Shown: positions 50,831 to 63,745, numbered from the whole stretch's first letter. The stretch: 63,745 nucleotides of DNA, filler included, from Octopus bimaculoides (GCF_001194135.2; 5 parts of 4 records of this genome joined end to end with filler, not necessarily neighbours in it), one strand, 5' to 3'. The notes: generated from the sequence alone by a model not told the origin. Made by a program: numbers and translations.

Positions 50831-51360
50831 CTGCCTGTCTCTCTGTCCATCGCTCTGTATGTCTGTGTCTCTATGTGTTTGTCCGTCTGTCTGATTTTCT
50901 GTCGATATACATCTTAGCGTGTCTAATGTCCGTGTGTCGTCACCTAATCTCCCCCTTTCCTTCCTCTTTACAGCAGTGAAGTTTGTAAATGAAAAGCAGG
51001 AAAATAATTGAAATGACAACAATGTCTGGTTTCTGTCAGAAGGGAGAAGTGAAAGAGAGGGAAGAGAGAGAGCGAGGGTAAAGTTTCGATTGGAAGGGGA
51101 AGTGAGAGAAAGAGGGGAGAACAAATAAGAAGAACAGTTAGTGTGGGGGAGGCAATAGGGAGAATGATGATGATGATGATGATGATGGTGATGGAACAAA
51201 GGAAATAAAAAAGACACGACGACGAAGAAGAACGGATAAGAGAAAGAAATTCATAGAAAAGAAAAGAAGGAAAACAAGAAATAAGGAGAGAATGAAAGAA
51301 TAAATGGATCTCGCCATTACTGTTTCTATTTAACTGTCGGAAGATATAACTTTAACGTGT

Positions 51361-51814
51361 TAGTCATTGGATGGTGGCCATACTGGGGCACTGTTATCAA
51401 GGGTTTTAGTCCAGGGTTTCTTAACCATATTTTATCTATGGACCCCTTTGATTACTATTTTACTATGGTGGACCTCCATTGCCATTCGATGGTTAAAAAC
51501 TAGTTTTATAGAAATCATTTACGAAATTCTTATTTTGTTTTTCACACATTAACTTGGTTGAACTGCGTAAAATGTTGGAGAAAGAAAACCGAAGCTGTTT
51601 CTTGTAATACATACCAATACATACATCTAAAGCAAAAATTTTTCAGGAGCCCTTAAAATACTATTGTGGATCTGCAGTTTACTATTTTGTTGCATGGACC
51701 CCCTTATATGAACCCTCAGGGGTTGAGAACCACTAGTTTAGTCAAACAAACCGATCCCAACAACCACCTCTTTTTTTTTTGACTGGTTTTTATCCTAACA
51801 CGCACACTTACAGA

Positions 51815-51873
<59 letters not shown>

Positions 51874-52050
51874 CGATAGGCTTCCACACAGTTCCCGTCT
51901 ACCAAATTCACTCACAGGACATTCATTGGTTGGCCCAGAACTATCGTAAAAGACACTAGCGAAAGGTGCCGCGAAAGGTGCCGCTCAGTGGAAATGAACG
52001 CGACACCACGTGGTTGCATAGCAGGTTTTTTAATCACACAGCCATACTTG
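51361..52050 (-). mobile_element. Old SINE family A interrupted by a hAT MITE
   Basis: The SINE sequence GGGTTTTAGTC resumes as AAACAAACCGATCC after the MITE. Confidence 0.75.
51412..51735. mobile_element. hAT (Charlie-like) MITE, copy 2 (324 bp)
   Basis: TIRs CAGGGTTTCTTAACC / GGTTGAGAACCACTA. 8-bp TSD TTTTAGTC/GTTTAGTC with a central TA. Confidence 0.85.
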
Positions 52051-53115
52051 TGCTTAGACAGCATGCTTTCTTGCAGAAAGTGCTACAGATAAGCCAGCGT
52101 CTTATTCCACTAAACCCTATAAAATAACAAGTGGGGGTAAACACTGACCTTAAGGAGAAAACGATCATTTCCGTTTGATTCACTGTGCTGGATTTTTTTT
52201 TGTTTTTAATTTTCTGTACAGATGTAGTTTTGAATGTTAATTACGAAAATCCCTTTTATTTATTTAATTTTTGTTTTTATTTTTGAGAAATTAATGATAA
52301 AAAGCTTTGGAACCTTTAAAGATTGAAATTTTGCTAATTTTGATGAAAAAAATTTAATGAAAGAAAATGAAAATGTTATACAACAACCTTTAGAGAGTGA
52401 AAAAAAAGACATGTAATGAAAGACAAAGAAATTACAGAAAACATTAAGAAAGGAAGGGATAAAGGTAGAAAGGAAAGAATACGAAATACATTAAAGAGAA
52501 ATGAAAACAAAGCACAGAAAAAGTCGAAAAGACAGAGTGAGATAAAATAAATAAAGAAAGAAAGAAAGAAATATATTTTGAAAGGAAGAAATAAAGAACG
52601 GAGGAACGAAAATGGCAAAAAATGTTTCTGAAAATAGAAAACCATTTTCATCATTTTTCATCATTTCTCCCTCTTTCGTTTTTTAATTTATCCTTTTTTT
52701 CTTTTTTTCTATCCTTCAATCTCTCTTATCTGCCTTTCTTTCTTTCTTTCTTTTCTGTTTATTTATTTATTTATTTTGTCCCCCCCCCCCACCGTTACAT
52801 CTGAAACATGAAGGGTTGCAGCATGGCCAGGTAGTTAAGAAGTTCGCTTTCCTTGTCATAAAATGCACGGTTTCAATCCCAATGCGTGATGTCCGAAAAT
52901 CTGTTGTATGCACATGGTTGGATAGAAACTATTGAAAGGCCGAGTCTCGTTACACACTGTCTACGCTGATTCTGTCTGAGAATTTCGTTAAGGATACACT
53001 TGACTTTGAAACACTCAGCCATTTACATTGTAATTCAATAAGTTGGTAGATACGTTGCTTCAACAAGTAAATAATCATCGTCGAAATCGACAAAGATCCA
53101 TTTACTTAGGATTTT

Positions 53116-53540
53116 CTTTTCTACTCTGGGCACAAGGCCCGAAATTTTGGGGGAGGGGGGGCCAGTCGATTAGATCGACCCTAGTTCTTGACTGGTACTT
53201 AATTTATCGACTTCGAAAGGATGAAAGGTAAAGTCGACCTCAGCAGAATTTGGACTCAGAACGTAAAGACAAACGAAATACCACTAAGTATTTCGCCCGG
53301 TGTGCTAACATTTCTTTACTGCCCACAAGGGACTACACACAGAGGGGACAAGCAAGGACAGACAAAGGGATTAAGTCGATTATTTCGACCCCAGTGCGTA
53401 AGTGGTACTTATCTAATCGACCCCGAAAGGATGAAAGGCAAAGTCGACCTCGGCGGAATTTGAACTCAGAACGTAGCGGCAGGGGAAATACCACTAAGCA
53501 TTTCGCCCAGCGTGCTAACATTTCTGCCAGCTCGCCGCCT
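53116..53540 (-). mobile_element. Dimeric SINE family B with a 19-bp TSD
   Basis: TCCATTTACTTAGGATTTT at 53097-53115 and 53541-53559 encloses two monomers. Confidence 0.85.
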
Positions 53541-53650
53541 TCCATTTACTTAGGATTTTGCTTGTCTGAAGCAGCTGAATTACATTATTACAGTAACAGC
53601 TATTGAGATTGAACAACTTATTGTCATCCAAGTACCGTGGTCTCCCGTTA

Positions 53651-54055
53651 TCTTTTACTTCTTTTAGTCATTGGACTGTGGCCATGCTGCAGCACCACCT
53701 TGAAGGGTTTTAGTCGAATAAATCGTTCGCAGTACGTGTTTTTTCTAAAGTCTGATAATTATACTATCGGTTTCTTTTCTCGAACCGCTAAGTTACAGGG
53801 ATGTATACAAACCAACACCAGTCATCAAGTGGTGGTATGGCACAAAGACATACGCGCACACACACACACACACGCGCGCGCGCACGTGCTCGCGCACACA
53901 CACATATACATGACGGGCTTCATTTAGCTTCCATCTATCAAATCCACTACAAGGCTTTGGTTAACCCAGGCTATAGTAAAAGACAATTCCCCAAGGTGTC
54001 ACGCTTGGGACTAAACCCAAGACCACATGGTTAGGAAACAAGCTTCTTAACCACA
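53651..54055 (-). mobile_element. Near-full SINE family A, diverged
   Basis: Tail to head homology with the full copy. Confidence 0.8.
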
Positions 54056-54741
54056 AAATAAACATATCTGTTTTCTTACTCGTGACATACTTTAGAGTAA
54101 TAAAAATAATGTGGTGCACTTGATGTGTTTAAATTGAACAAATGTATTTAAAAATTATATATTTTTGCGAAATTGTAAATAATTTAGACTGCAGCAAATT
54201 ATTAAAAACTGACTGTTTATTCAATAAATTTAGCATAATTATCAAGAATTTTATATTAAAATTTTCAGTTTGTATGTAAAAATACAAACTGAAAAATTTT
54301 TTTAATTAAAATTATATTTTACAAATATATAATTTCATTGCATCGGCAACCTACCTAGCTCCATCTAACTGAACACAGTCTGCCGTGGCATACCATTTTC
54401 ATGTACATTTGAAGTACAGCCCTAGTATATTGTCTTGTACTTATTTTTCTCGACCCTTTCGTTTTTTCGGGGTCGATAAATAAAAGTACCAGTCAAGTAC
54501 GGAGATCGATAGTATCCACTTACTCCCTTTTCTCAAAATAGCTGTTCTAGAACCTTAACCAGAAACTATCATTTTATTGGTTTCTGTCATTAGATTACGG
54601 CCATGCTGGTGCACCTCCTTGATAGGTTTTAGTCGATCAAATCGACCCCGTCTGTTGTTTATCTTATGAGACTCTCTCGATGAATGATTAAATTCAGACG
54701 CAGCGGGATTTGAATGTAATGTAAATCTGCAAAATACTAAA

Positions 54742-54950
54742 GGCAGCGAGCTGGCAGAATCGTTAGCGCGCCGGGCAAAGTGCTTTGCGGCATTTCGTCC
54801 GTTTTATGCTCAGAGTTCAAATTCCGTCGAGGTCGACTTTGCCTGTCATCCGTTTGAGGTCGATAGAATAAGTATTAGTTGACTACTGAGGCCGAAGTAA
54901 TCGACTTACCCCCCTGTATTGCTGGCCTTGTGCCAAAATATGAAACCAAT
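54742..54950 (+). mobile_element. Full-length SINE family B
   Basis: Head, core and tail present. Confidence 0.9.
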
Positions 54951-55481
54951 ACTGCAGAACACTCATTCCAAGGTTCCTAGCACAATCAATGAGGAGGAAG
55001 CCTTTATTTGGCCGCTCAACATGCCGGAAATATCTACCAAATCTCCCTCAAAAGCACATACTACAATCTCTAAAAAAGAAAGACGCATTAGATAATATAA
55101 TCCTAGAGATAGTGTCTGGCCAAAAGAAAAAAAAAGAAAAGAAAAAGAAAGCTCTAAGATTACACTGAAGTGACTTTTTATTCGGAATAAGACCAGCCTA
55201 GGATTGAAGAACAACTATAAGAAGAACAACCGTTGCCGCTGCAGCAGCAATAACGATAACATCATCAGCAACAGCAGTAGTTTTTATCGCAGGATAATAT
55301 CTTACAAAATATTAATTAATCTCTAGTTTGTGAAGCTCACGCATTTGTGTGTGTTTTGGGGGTAGGGGAGAAGTAATCAATCTTATTGACTCTGTATTGA
55401 TTGGTACTCATTTTATTGACCATGGAATTATTAAAGTCAAAGTTGAATTCAGCGTCATTTGAACTCAGATCTTAAAATAAT

Positions 55482-55644
55482 CTTTTCTACTCTAGGCACA
55501 AGGTCCCAGTATGCAACTGGTACTTAATTTATCGACCCCGAAAAAACGAAAGGGTTAGGAATTTGAACTCAGAACGTAGAGGCAGACGAAATACCGCGAA
55601 GCATTTCGCCCGGCGAGCTAGCGTTTCTGCCAGCTCGCCGCCTT
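55482..55644 (-). mobile_element. Internally deleted SINE B inserted in an older SINE B
   Basis: 17-bp TSD TCAGATCTTAAAA(T/C)AAT at 55465 and 55645. Confidence 0.75.
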
Positions 55645-55669
55645 TCAGATCTTAAAACAATGCAACTGA

Positions 55670-56165
55670 ATACTGCAAGATATTTTAATCTGGCATTTCA
55701 ATGTTTTTGCCACAAGGATGAAGATTAATGAGTTATAACATCGATATAAGTCATTTTAATCCTGCGCTTCAATGCTTTCAGCACAGGAATAATGATTTAT
55801 AACAAAGGCATGACATTTTATCCGGTACTCTACTGCCTTCATCAGAAGAATAATGATTTATAGCAAAGACACAAATATTTCTAATCCGGCAGTTCGCTGT
55901 CTCCACCATAAGAATAACGATTTATAACGTAGATTCAATGTATTTTAATTCGGCATTTCACTTTCTTCACCACTACAATGATTGTTTACATTAACAAGAA
56001 GCAATACTTTTTAACCCGGCACGTCATTGTCCACCATTTGAAAACTGACAGATAACGTAGACTTAAGGATGTTATAGTCCAGCAGTGTATTGACTTCACC
56101 AGAAGTCAATGCACTGCCGGATTTTAAAATAGATACAAAATATTTTAATTCGGCACTTCACACAC
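55670..56165. repeat. Degenerate tandem array, about 8 units of about 62 bp
   Basis: Recurring TTTTAAT(C/T)CGGCA core and ATAATGATTTATAAC motif. Confidence 0.7.
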
Positions 56166-57187
56166 TGTGACAAAAATAACAATTATTTCTAATACAAACA
56201 CAACTGTGTTGGGAGGCAACAGCCTACTGTATCGATCTCAGTATTTCATTGTTATTTCAGTTATTGAACTTGGAAAGATCAAAGGCAAAATTGACCTCAA
56301 CAGGATTTAAACTTCAAATCTAAAGGGATGTGATTATATACGCTTGGGCATTTTAGTCCCTCGTTCTAACGTTTCTACCACCCCCAATCTACCTACCTTC
56401 ACCGTCATAATTATTAACAGCATTAGTGACATGATAATTATTTTGACTCCAATGCATGGTTTTTCTTCTGTGGGTGATAATTTAATCGACTAGTTTATAT
56501 CTTCGAGTTCGACTATGAAAAACGGGAGTCGATAAAATGGGTAGTGGTGCATTTAGCCTTTTAACTCGAACGAAAAATAACATTGTTCTAGCTGTATGAG
56601 TAGTCGATACAAATACAGCCATTATATTATGGCTGTCTATAGAATATTTTTTTTATCTATCATCTATCGTCCGGACAATACATATATAGGTACACATCTG
56701 TAAGTATGAAGATACATGAATAGATACGTACGTTCTTACGTATGTATGTATGTATGTATGTATGTATGTATGTTCTATTATAGTTTTAATTATTTAAAAT
56801 GTTCATGTAAGGAAAGAAATGATTTCTAACAAAGATACAAAGCTGCATCGTTGGAATGTAGATAACAAAAGAAATTAATATTTTATATTTGAGAAAAATC
56901 TTACATATTTTTACTGTTCCGCTTATAGTTAGTATTTGTAATGTACAGCTAGCTGGTTCATTTCTTTTTCTGAAAACCTTAGTTTATTCAAATTGTCACT
57001 GAGGCATTTACTGACAAAAGCAAGTGCTCCAATTATTATAGGTATAAATGTGAATTTATACAAATAAAAATTGTCTAGGTATAGTAGCTGGAGGTTTCGA
57101 AGTAGTGGTCCGCAGTTATACAGCTTCACTTTGATTTTCGAAGGGATATATTCACTATTCACACCAGCATATATGCATGTATGTATG

Positions 57188-57221
<34 letters not shown>

Positions 57222-58050
57222 TGTATGTATGTATATCATTATTCAGTCTTATTTAAAAATTTCTTGCTAATAGAGAAAGAGCCGGTTTCTAACCTAGATC
57301 CAAGGCTCCTTCATTGGAATTTCAACATCAACAGGGTATGTATGGATGCATGTATGTATGTATGTATGTATGTATGTATGTATGTATGTATGGATGGATG
57401 GATGTGTTTGTTTGTGTGTGTTTGTTTGTGTGTGTATGCGTGTGTGTATGTATGTATATGTGATGATTTGTATGTTTTGTTTTATGTATGTATTTTCATG
57501 CTTATACCTGCATCTCAAGACATGCTCATATATACTTAAATGATAAACTTCTGGAAAGTTTTACAGATTTTTACAGTTTCAGTAATGGCTTGGATCTTTA
57601 GTCTTCGAATCAGCTTTCTTCTTTCTGGTTTTGAGAAGCGTAATTTCTCAAGATTGCTATTTAGGCAGTGTATTATATATCCCAGTGCTCCCGTAACTAA
57701 AGGTATAAGCCTGAACTTGTAATCTAGATAGAGTAACTGCAGATTTCTCTTATCTTTATGTTAACATCCGCTGTGCAGCTGATTTCCACAATTGTACAGT
57801 TTCTCTTTGCTATCCCAAATCAGGTCTATTGTGTTTACATTTTATTGAGGCTTTCACTGGGATATTCCACAAGTACTCCGGGAATGTTAAACTTGGGCAC
57901 TACTGTTTCAACTAAAGAAAACTCAAAACAGAATGAAAGCGGTGAAAAAGTTTTATTGAAGCAATTAGTTTGCTTAAATTAAAAATTAAATAGCTCAATT
58001 ACTTCAACAAAACAGTGACTAGTAGTTCCATGCTTGCTGCAAGCCTTCGA

Positions 58051-58356
58051 GTAACTTACTTAGGAACCACATGGTTCCGGGTTCAGTCTCACTGCATGGC
58101 ACCTTGGGCAAGTGTCTTCTACTATAGACTCGGGCTGACCAAAGACCGAAGCCTTGTGAGTGGATTTGGTAGACGGAAACTGAAAGAAGTCCGTCGTATA
58201 TATATNNNNNNNNNNNNNNNNNNNNNNNNNNNNNNNNNNNNNNNNNNNNNNNNNNNNNNNNNNNNNNNNNNNNNNNNNNNNNNNNNNNNNNNNNNNNNNN
58301 NNNNNNNNNNNNNNNNNNNNNNNNNNNNNNNNNNNNNNNNNNNNNNNNNNNNNNNN

Positions 58357-58387
<31 letters not shown>

Positions 58388-58585
58388 CTGTGTCTGTGTT
58401 TGTCCCCCCCACATCGCTTGACAACCGATGCTGGTGTATTTACGTCCCCATAATTTAGCGGTTCGGCAAAAGAGACCGATAGAATAAGTACTAGGCTTAC
58501 AGATAAGTCCTGGGGCCGATTTGCTTGACTAAAAGTGGTGCTCCAGCATGGCCACAACCAAATGATTGAAACAAGTAAAAGAGTA
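58051..58585 (+). mobile_element. Near-full SINE family A (gap in its microsatellite)
   Basis: Homology to 37724-38134. Confidence 0.85.
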
Positions 58586-60093
58586 TATAAAACAACCTTG
58601 GCGATTCTGCATAATGTTATCTTTCAAACCGAACAACTATATAACAGCGATGCAGAGCAAGAAAGAAAAAGAGAAAGGAAAAAAGAAAATGTAGACAAAC
58701 AAACCTGAACTCAGGGTTGCGCGATAAACAAGGTTCTTAGTTTTCCCACCTTACGCATTCTGAATAAGTTTCGTTATTTTATTTTATTAAATTTTTTTAA
58801 TGTCTGTTGTGGATGTACATTGGTGCACATCAATGTCACTAATTTAGCTGTCGCTGGCGGTGCATAATATGGGAATAACATAATAAAGAGGTGACATAAT
58901 GACAGAGTGACACTTAAAGAAATACACACATATTGAGAAAGACTGACAGTGAAAATGTTACAATAAACATCTTTAAAAAAAATATATATGCATAAAAACA
59001 ACGAGTTTATAAATGTATGAAAATAAAAAAAAAAAAGGAAAGCGATACGAGAAAATTAAAACGTTTCGTGTAAAACTTTTGCCCAGAAAAGTTGTCAAAG
59101 ATTTTAACGTGACATAATGGGAATGGTGACACTTAAAGAAATAGACAAACATTTAAAAGGAATGAAAGATTTCATTTTATGTTGTTTTTTTTTTTTTTTT
59201 TTTTTTTTTACCAATTTTAAAGGGAATATTAACTTCAAGATTTAATAGAAGCAACCATGAATTTGAAGGAACAATTGCTAGAGTAAATAAAAATTGCGAC
59301 AAGCATAATACATAGTGGACACTGAACAGGATGTAGCAATTTCCGAGAGTGAAAACAACGACGACATCTGTAACGAAAGCTGCAATGGATTGGTTCCAGA
59401 GAAAAGTGAATGAGAGCGAAGAATTTATTACTTGTTTTACGATGGCTGATTAATTTAGAATTCAATTTAAACTCATAGGTTGTGTGTAAAGATCCTTATA
59501 AATGGCGTGTTAAAAATATCCAGTTGGAGATGCTGAATCTGTCTATCTGTCTGTCTCTGTCTCTCTGTCTGTCCCTGTCTGTCTGTCTGTCTCTCTCTCT
59601 CTATACACACACATATACATACATATATGCATAATACATACATACATACATATATACATACATACATGCATGCATACATACATACATACATACATACATA
59701 CATAAATACATACATACATGCATGCATATAGGCACACAGACACAGACGCACGCACACATATCGAGCCTCTGTCGCTAATATATATATATGTATATACATA
59801 TATATACACACACACACACATGTATGTACGTACGTATTTATGTATATATGTATGTATATATATTTTTTTCGTGTGTTCGTTTATAAATTTTAACTAAATC
59901 GAAATGGATAGAAGCATATCCATGAAAAGAGGTTCATGCCCATGAAAAGAGGCGACAATGGGGGAGATATTAGGGATAGAAAATATGTAAGTTTTATTAG
60001 AGGTTAAACAATATTTTAATACTGAATTAAACGCGTAGAGAATGTATCCAAATGAATGTTACTGAAACGTCAATAGAAAAAAGTGAGCAGCAG

Positions 60094-60167
<74 letters not shown>

Positions 60168-60351
60168 TATATATTGATATATACAATGCCTGCAAATAAT
60201 ATTATTTTTGTTATAAATACTCCATCTTAAATATCAGGAATCAGTTATGACGCCACTTTGAGTAGTGATGGAGTGTAACAATATTGCGTGTGCATGTGTG
60301 TGTGCGTGTGCCTGTGTGTGTGCGTGCGTGTGTGTGAGTATGTGTATATGA

Positions 60352-60385
<34 letters not shown>

Positions 60386-60431
60386 ACCCGCGCGCTTTTG
60401 TGCGTGTGCGTGTGTGTGTACACAATATAAG

Positions 60432-61060
60432 CAGGCATGGTTGTGCGATAAGAAGTTTACTTCCTTGCTTCCCCATCTCACGGCTACCGGTTCAGTTCCA
60501 CTGTGTAATACATTGAGCAGGCGTCTTCTGCTGTAACCCGGGCCGACCAAAACTTTATGAGTGGATTTGTTAGACGGAAACTGAAAGAAGCCCGTTGTAA
60601 TATCTATAGCTACATACACACATGAGTGCGTGTATATCTATGCAGTTAGTCCTCACTACTAGTTGACGACATTATTGGTTTGTGTACCTCCCTGTAACCT
60701 AGTGGTTCATCAAAACAGACCTTAGAATAATTGCTAGGCCTTAAAAAATAAGTACTGGGGCGATTCGTTTGACTAAAAACTTCTCAAGGCGGTGTCCCAG
60801 CATGACCGCAGTCTAATGACTGAAACAAGTAAAAGATAAGACATGCATACATATTAGATATATAATATTTGTCCCTCCACCATCGCTTGACAATGGTGTG
60901 TTTACGTCCCCGTAACTTAGCGGTTCGGCAAAAGAGCCCGTTAGAATAAGTACTAGGCTTACAAAGAATAAGTCCTGGGGCGACTTGTACGACTAAAGGC
61001 GATGCTCCAGCATGGCTGCATTCAAATGACTGAAACATGTAAAAGAATAAAAGGATGAAA
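60432..61060 (+). mobile_element. SINE family A plus a second tandem 3' half
   Basis: Two successive tails ending CCAGCATG(A/G)C(C/T)GCA. Confidence 0.8.
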
Positions 61061-61132
<72 letters not shown>

Positions 61133-61162
61133 ATATATATGCAAACATATATGTAAATATAT

Positions 61163-61195
<33 letters not shown>

Positions 61196-61449
61196 TAAGT
61201 ATNNNNNNNNNNNNNNNNNNNNNNNNNNNNNNNNNNNNNNNNNNNNTTAATTAATTAANNNNNNNNNNNNNNNNNNNNNNNNNNNNNNNNNNNNNNNNNN
61301 NNTCTTAGCTTCTTCTTCTTCTCAGCTACTGCTTCTGAGCTTCTTTTTCTTCCTCCTTTTCTTCAGCTCCTTCTACTCCTTATCTTCTCCTTCAGCTTCT
61401 CTTTCTTATCTTTAGATTCTTTGTCTTAGCTTCTTCCCCCTTCAAATCT

Positions 61450-62090
61450 CTCCATTGATAAGCCAAGTCAACACCACCCACCTAATGATCTCAGATCAGC
61501 CATCGCAGAAGTTATTTTAATGGTCACTGTTCTAAGATTTTACAGAATGTTGACAGAAGTAAAGATTAACCCAAAAATGACAATGTTTGGCCTCTGGCGA
61601 GGCAAGAATTATGTTATCAGGCATCATCATGGGATACTGGACAGACAGACAGATTGGTTAAGTCTGTTAGGGTCAGGTGTTGTGTGAATCTTTGAGTGGA
61701 TATAATCTGGGATGAGACAATAAACAGGATGCCCAATCTCCCCCAGAGATGAGCTGAGCTGTAGCTATTCCTGAAAGGTGAAGCAGGTATGACAAGCATA
61801 AACAGCACTCTCATTATATTTTATCACCTGACCATCGTCCTTTACACTAGTTCTCACCTGACTAGATCTGAGGGTTTCCTTATTCATTAATTGTGGAAGA
61901 GACTCATTCCACTAATCATGCAGTCCATCTGTTGCCAAATTCTTCTGATCAAAATTTGGTTTCAGTCCACAATAGCTGTTGATGTGCAGACATCCACCGA
62001 GGTTCTCCTTGGAGGTGAGCTACTTTGTCAGGTGTACTTTGCTGTGGTTCATCACTTTGATGGCGCTGTTCTGTGGAAACAAAATATATC
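61450..62090 (-). pseudogene. Possible degraded LINE APE endonuclease remnant
   Basis: Weak GDFNAHH-like (GEPRWMSAHQQL) and L.QLV-like (LPQLMNKET) segments with many stops. Confidence 0.3.
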
Positions 62091-62111
62091 AAGCGCTACA
62101 CACCTAACATC

Positions 62112-62365
62112 AGGAATTTTGCCGACACTTGTGGCACTCACTGAGAATGTAAAGATTGACAAAATACCGCTAAGCATTTCACCCAGCATGTTAACAATTC
62201 TGCCAGCTCACTGCTTTAGATTACCTTAATATTCTTTTCTTCTCTAGGCACAAGGCCCGAAATTTTAGGGGAAGGGACCAGTCGATTAGATCGACCCCAG
62301 TACGCAACTGGTACTTAATTTATCGACCCCAAAAGGATGAAAGGCAAAGTCAACCGCAGCGGAAT
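62112..62365 (-). mobile_element. Two SINE family B copies
   Basis: Head and core motifs present. Confidence 0.75.
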
Positions 62366-63215
62366 GTTACCTTCATATTGAGAAATAACTATTAAAATGC
62401 AAACAATGTCATGAGGACAGCAATGATGATAATAAGGAAGATGGAAATGGTGGCGGTGGTGGTGATGCTGATGGTGGTGGTGGTGGTGGTGGTGGTGGTG
62501 GTNNNNNNNNNNNNNNNNNNNNNNNNNNNNNNNNNNNNNNNNNNNNNNNNNNNNNNNNNNNNNNNNNNNNNNNNNNNNNNNNNNNNNNNNNNNNNNNNNN
62601 NNNNNNNNNNNNNNNNNNNNNNNNNNNNNNNNNNNNNNNNNNNNNNNNNNNNNNNNNNNNNNNNNNNNNNNNNNNNNNNNNNNNNNNNNNNNNNNNNNNN
62701 NNNNNNNNNNNNNNNNNNNNNNNNNNNNNNNNNNNNNNNNNNNNNNNNNNNNNNNNNNNNNNNNNNNNNNNNNNNNNNNNNNNNNNNNNNNNNNNNNNNN
62801 NNNNNNNNNNNNNNNNNNNNNNNNNNNNNNNNNNNNNNNNNNNNNNNNNNNNNNNNNNNNNNNNNNNNNNNNNNNNNNNNNNNNNNNNNNNNNNNNNNNN
62901 NNNNNNNNNNNNNNNNNNNNNNNNNNNNNNNNNNNNNNNNNNNNNNNNNNNNNNNNNNNNNNNNNNNNNNNNNNNNNNNNNNNNNNNNNNNNNNNNNNNN
63001 NNNNNNNNNNNNNNNNNNNNNNNNNNNNNNNNNNNNNNNNNNNNNNNNNNNNNNNNNNNNNNNNNNNNNNNNNNNNNNNNNNNNNNNNNNNNNNNNNNNN
63101 NNNNNNNNNNNNNNNNNNNNNNNNNNNNNNNNNNNNNNNNNNNNNNNNNNNNNNNNNNNNNNNNNNNNNNNNNTTACACAGATACATGTATAAACACACA
63201 CACACATCCATACAC

Positions 63216-63253
<38 letters not shown>

Positions 63254-63745
63254 CTGTGTGTATTATGTTTATATATATATATATATATTCTCAATAACAA
63301 CACACTGAATAAAACACACAATACACACATGAATTTCAATTTCAAAAGAATAAATCGAATATATCGGCGAGGAAACAAATATACAAAAACCAAAAGAAAT
63401 AAAAGACATCAGGAAAAGAAACAAAACAAAACAAAACAAAAGGCATTATAGTGAGGAGAAAAAAAACCTGAATACATTTTAATACAAAAATATATTAATA
63501 TTTCATCTTAATACAATGTGATGTATGAATATTTATAATATGCAATACTCAACAGTATAGATGAAATGTTTGATAAGTTGGCTCTCCTCATACTAGAAAG
63601 TTTGAAATTATATAGGGGGGTGTGTGTGTGTGTGTGTGCGCGTACGTGTGTGTATAAGTGTCAATTTTTTTTTTGTTTGTGAGTACATTTAAAGTGTACT
63701 TGTCTATCTGAGTGAATCAAATTTTATTAGTGTTTGTGCATAAGA

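Noticed and set aside
54258-54300. 14-bp perfect AT-rich inverted repeat TTTTCAGTTTGTAT/ATACAAACTGAAAA
   Set aside because: Low complexity in very AT-rich DNA, with no supporting context.
55670-56165. Tandem array considered as CRISPR-like
   Set aside because: Eukaryotic context, degenerate whole-unit repeats without unique spacers, and no cas genes.

Overview
Repeat-saturated, gap-rich eukaryotic genomic DNA, most likely an octopus (cephalopod) draft scaffold. This is inferred from the SINE families, the extreme microsatellite load and the 100-bp gap linkers. No host protein-coding gene could be identified with confidence; most long ORFs in the track are microsatellite or N-gap artefacts. 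The recognisable content is mobile DNA. It includes a 1.66-kb non-coding LTR retroelement (4352-6015) with a 4-bp TSD and a tRNA-Trp primer-binding site that is abnormally long and duplicated, plus a related solo/3' LTR. There is an internally deleted Helitron with both termini (7713-9996), CR1, RTE and Tx1-like LINE fragments, a fold-back mariner derivative, hAT-type MITEs with 8-bp TSDs (one containing a nested long-TIR element), and more than 25 copies of four tRNA-derived SINE families. The most interesting signals are: (i) four minimal type-I hammerhead-ribozyme-like motifs with palindromic stem III and variant cores, the best at 17206-17250 with a compensatory U3-A8 pair; (ii) the extended tRNA copy in the LTR element; (iii) a SINE dimer flanked by one 19-bp TSD; (iv) a 28-bp hairpin inside a SINE-derived tandem array; (v) a TATA+Inr core promoter candidate at 35.1 kb. 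All identifications were made by eye; no database search was run.
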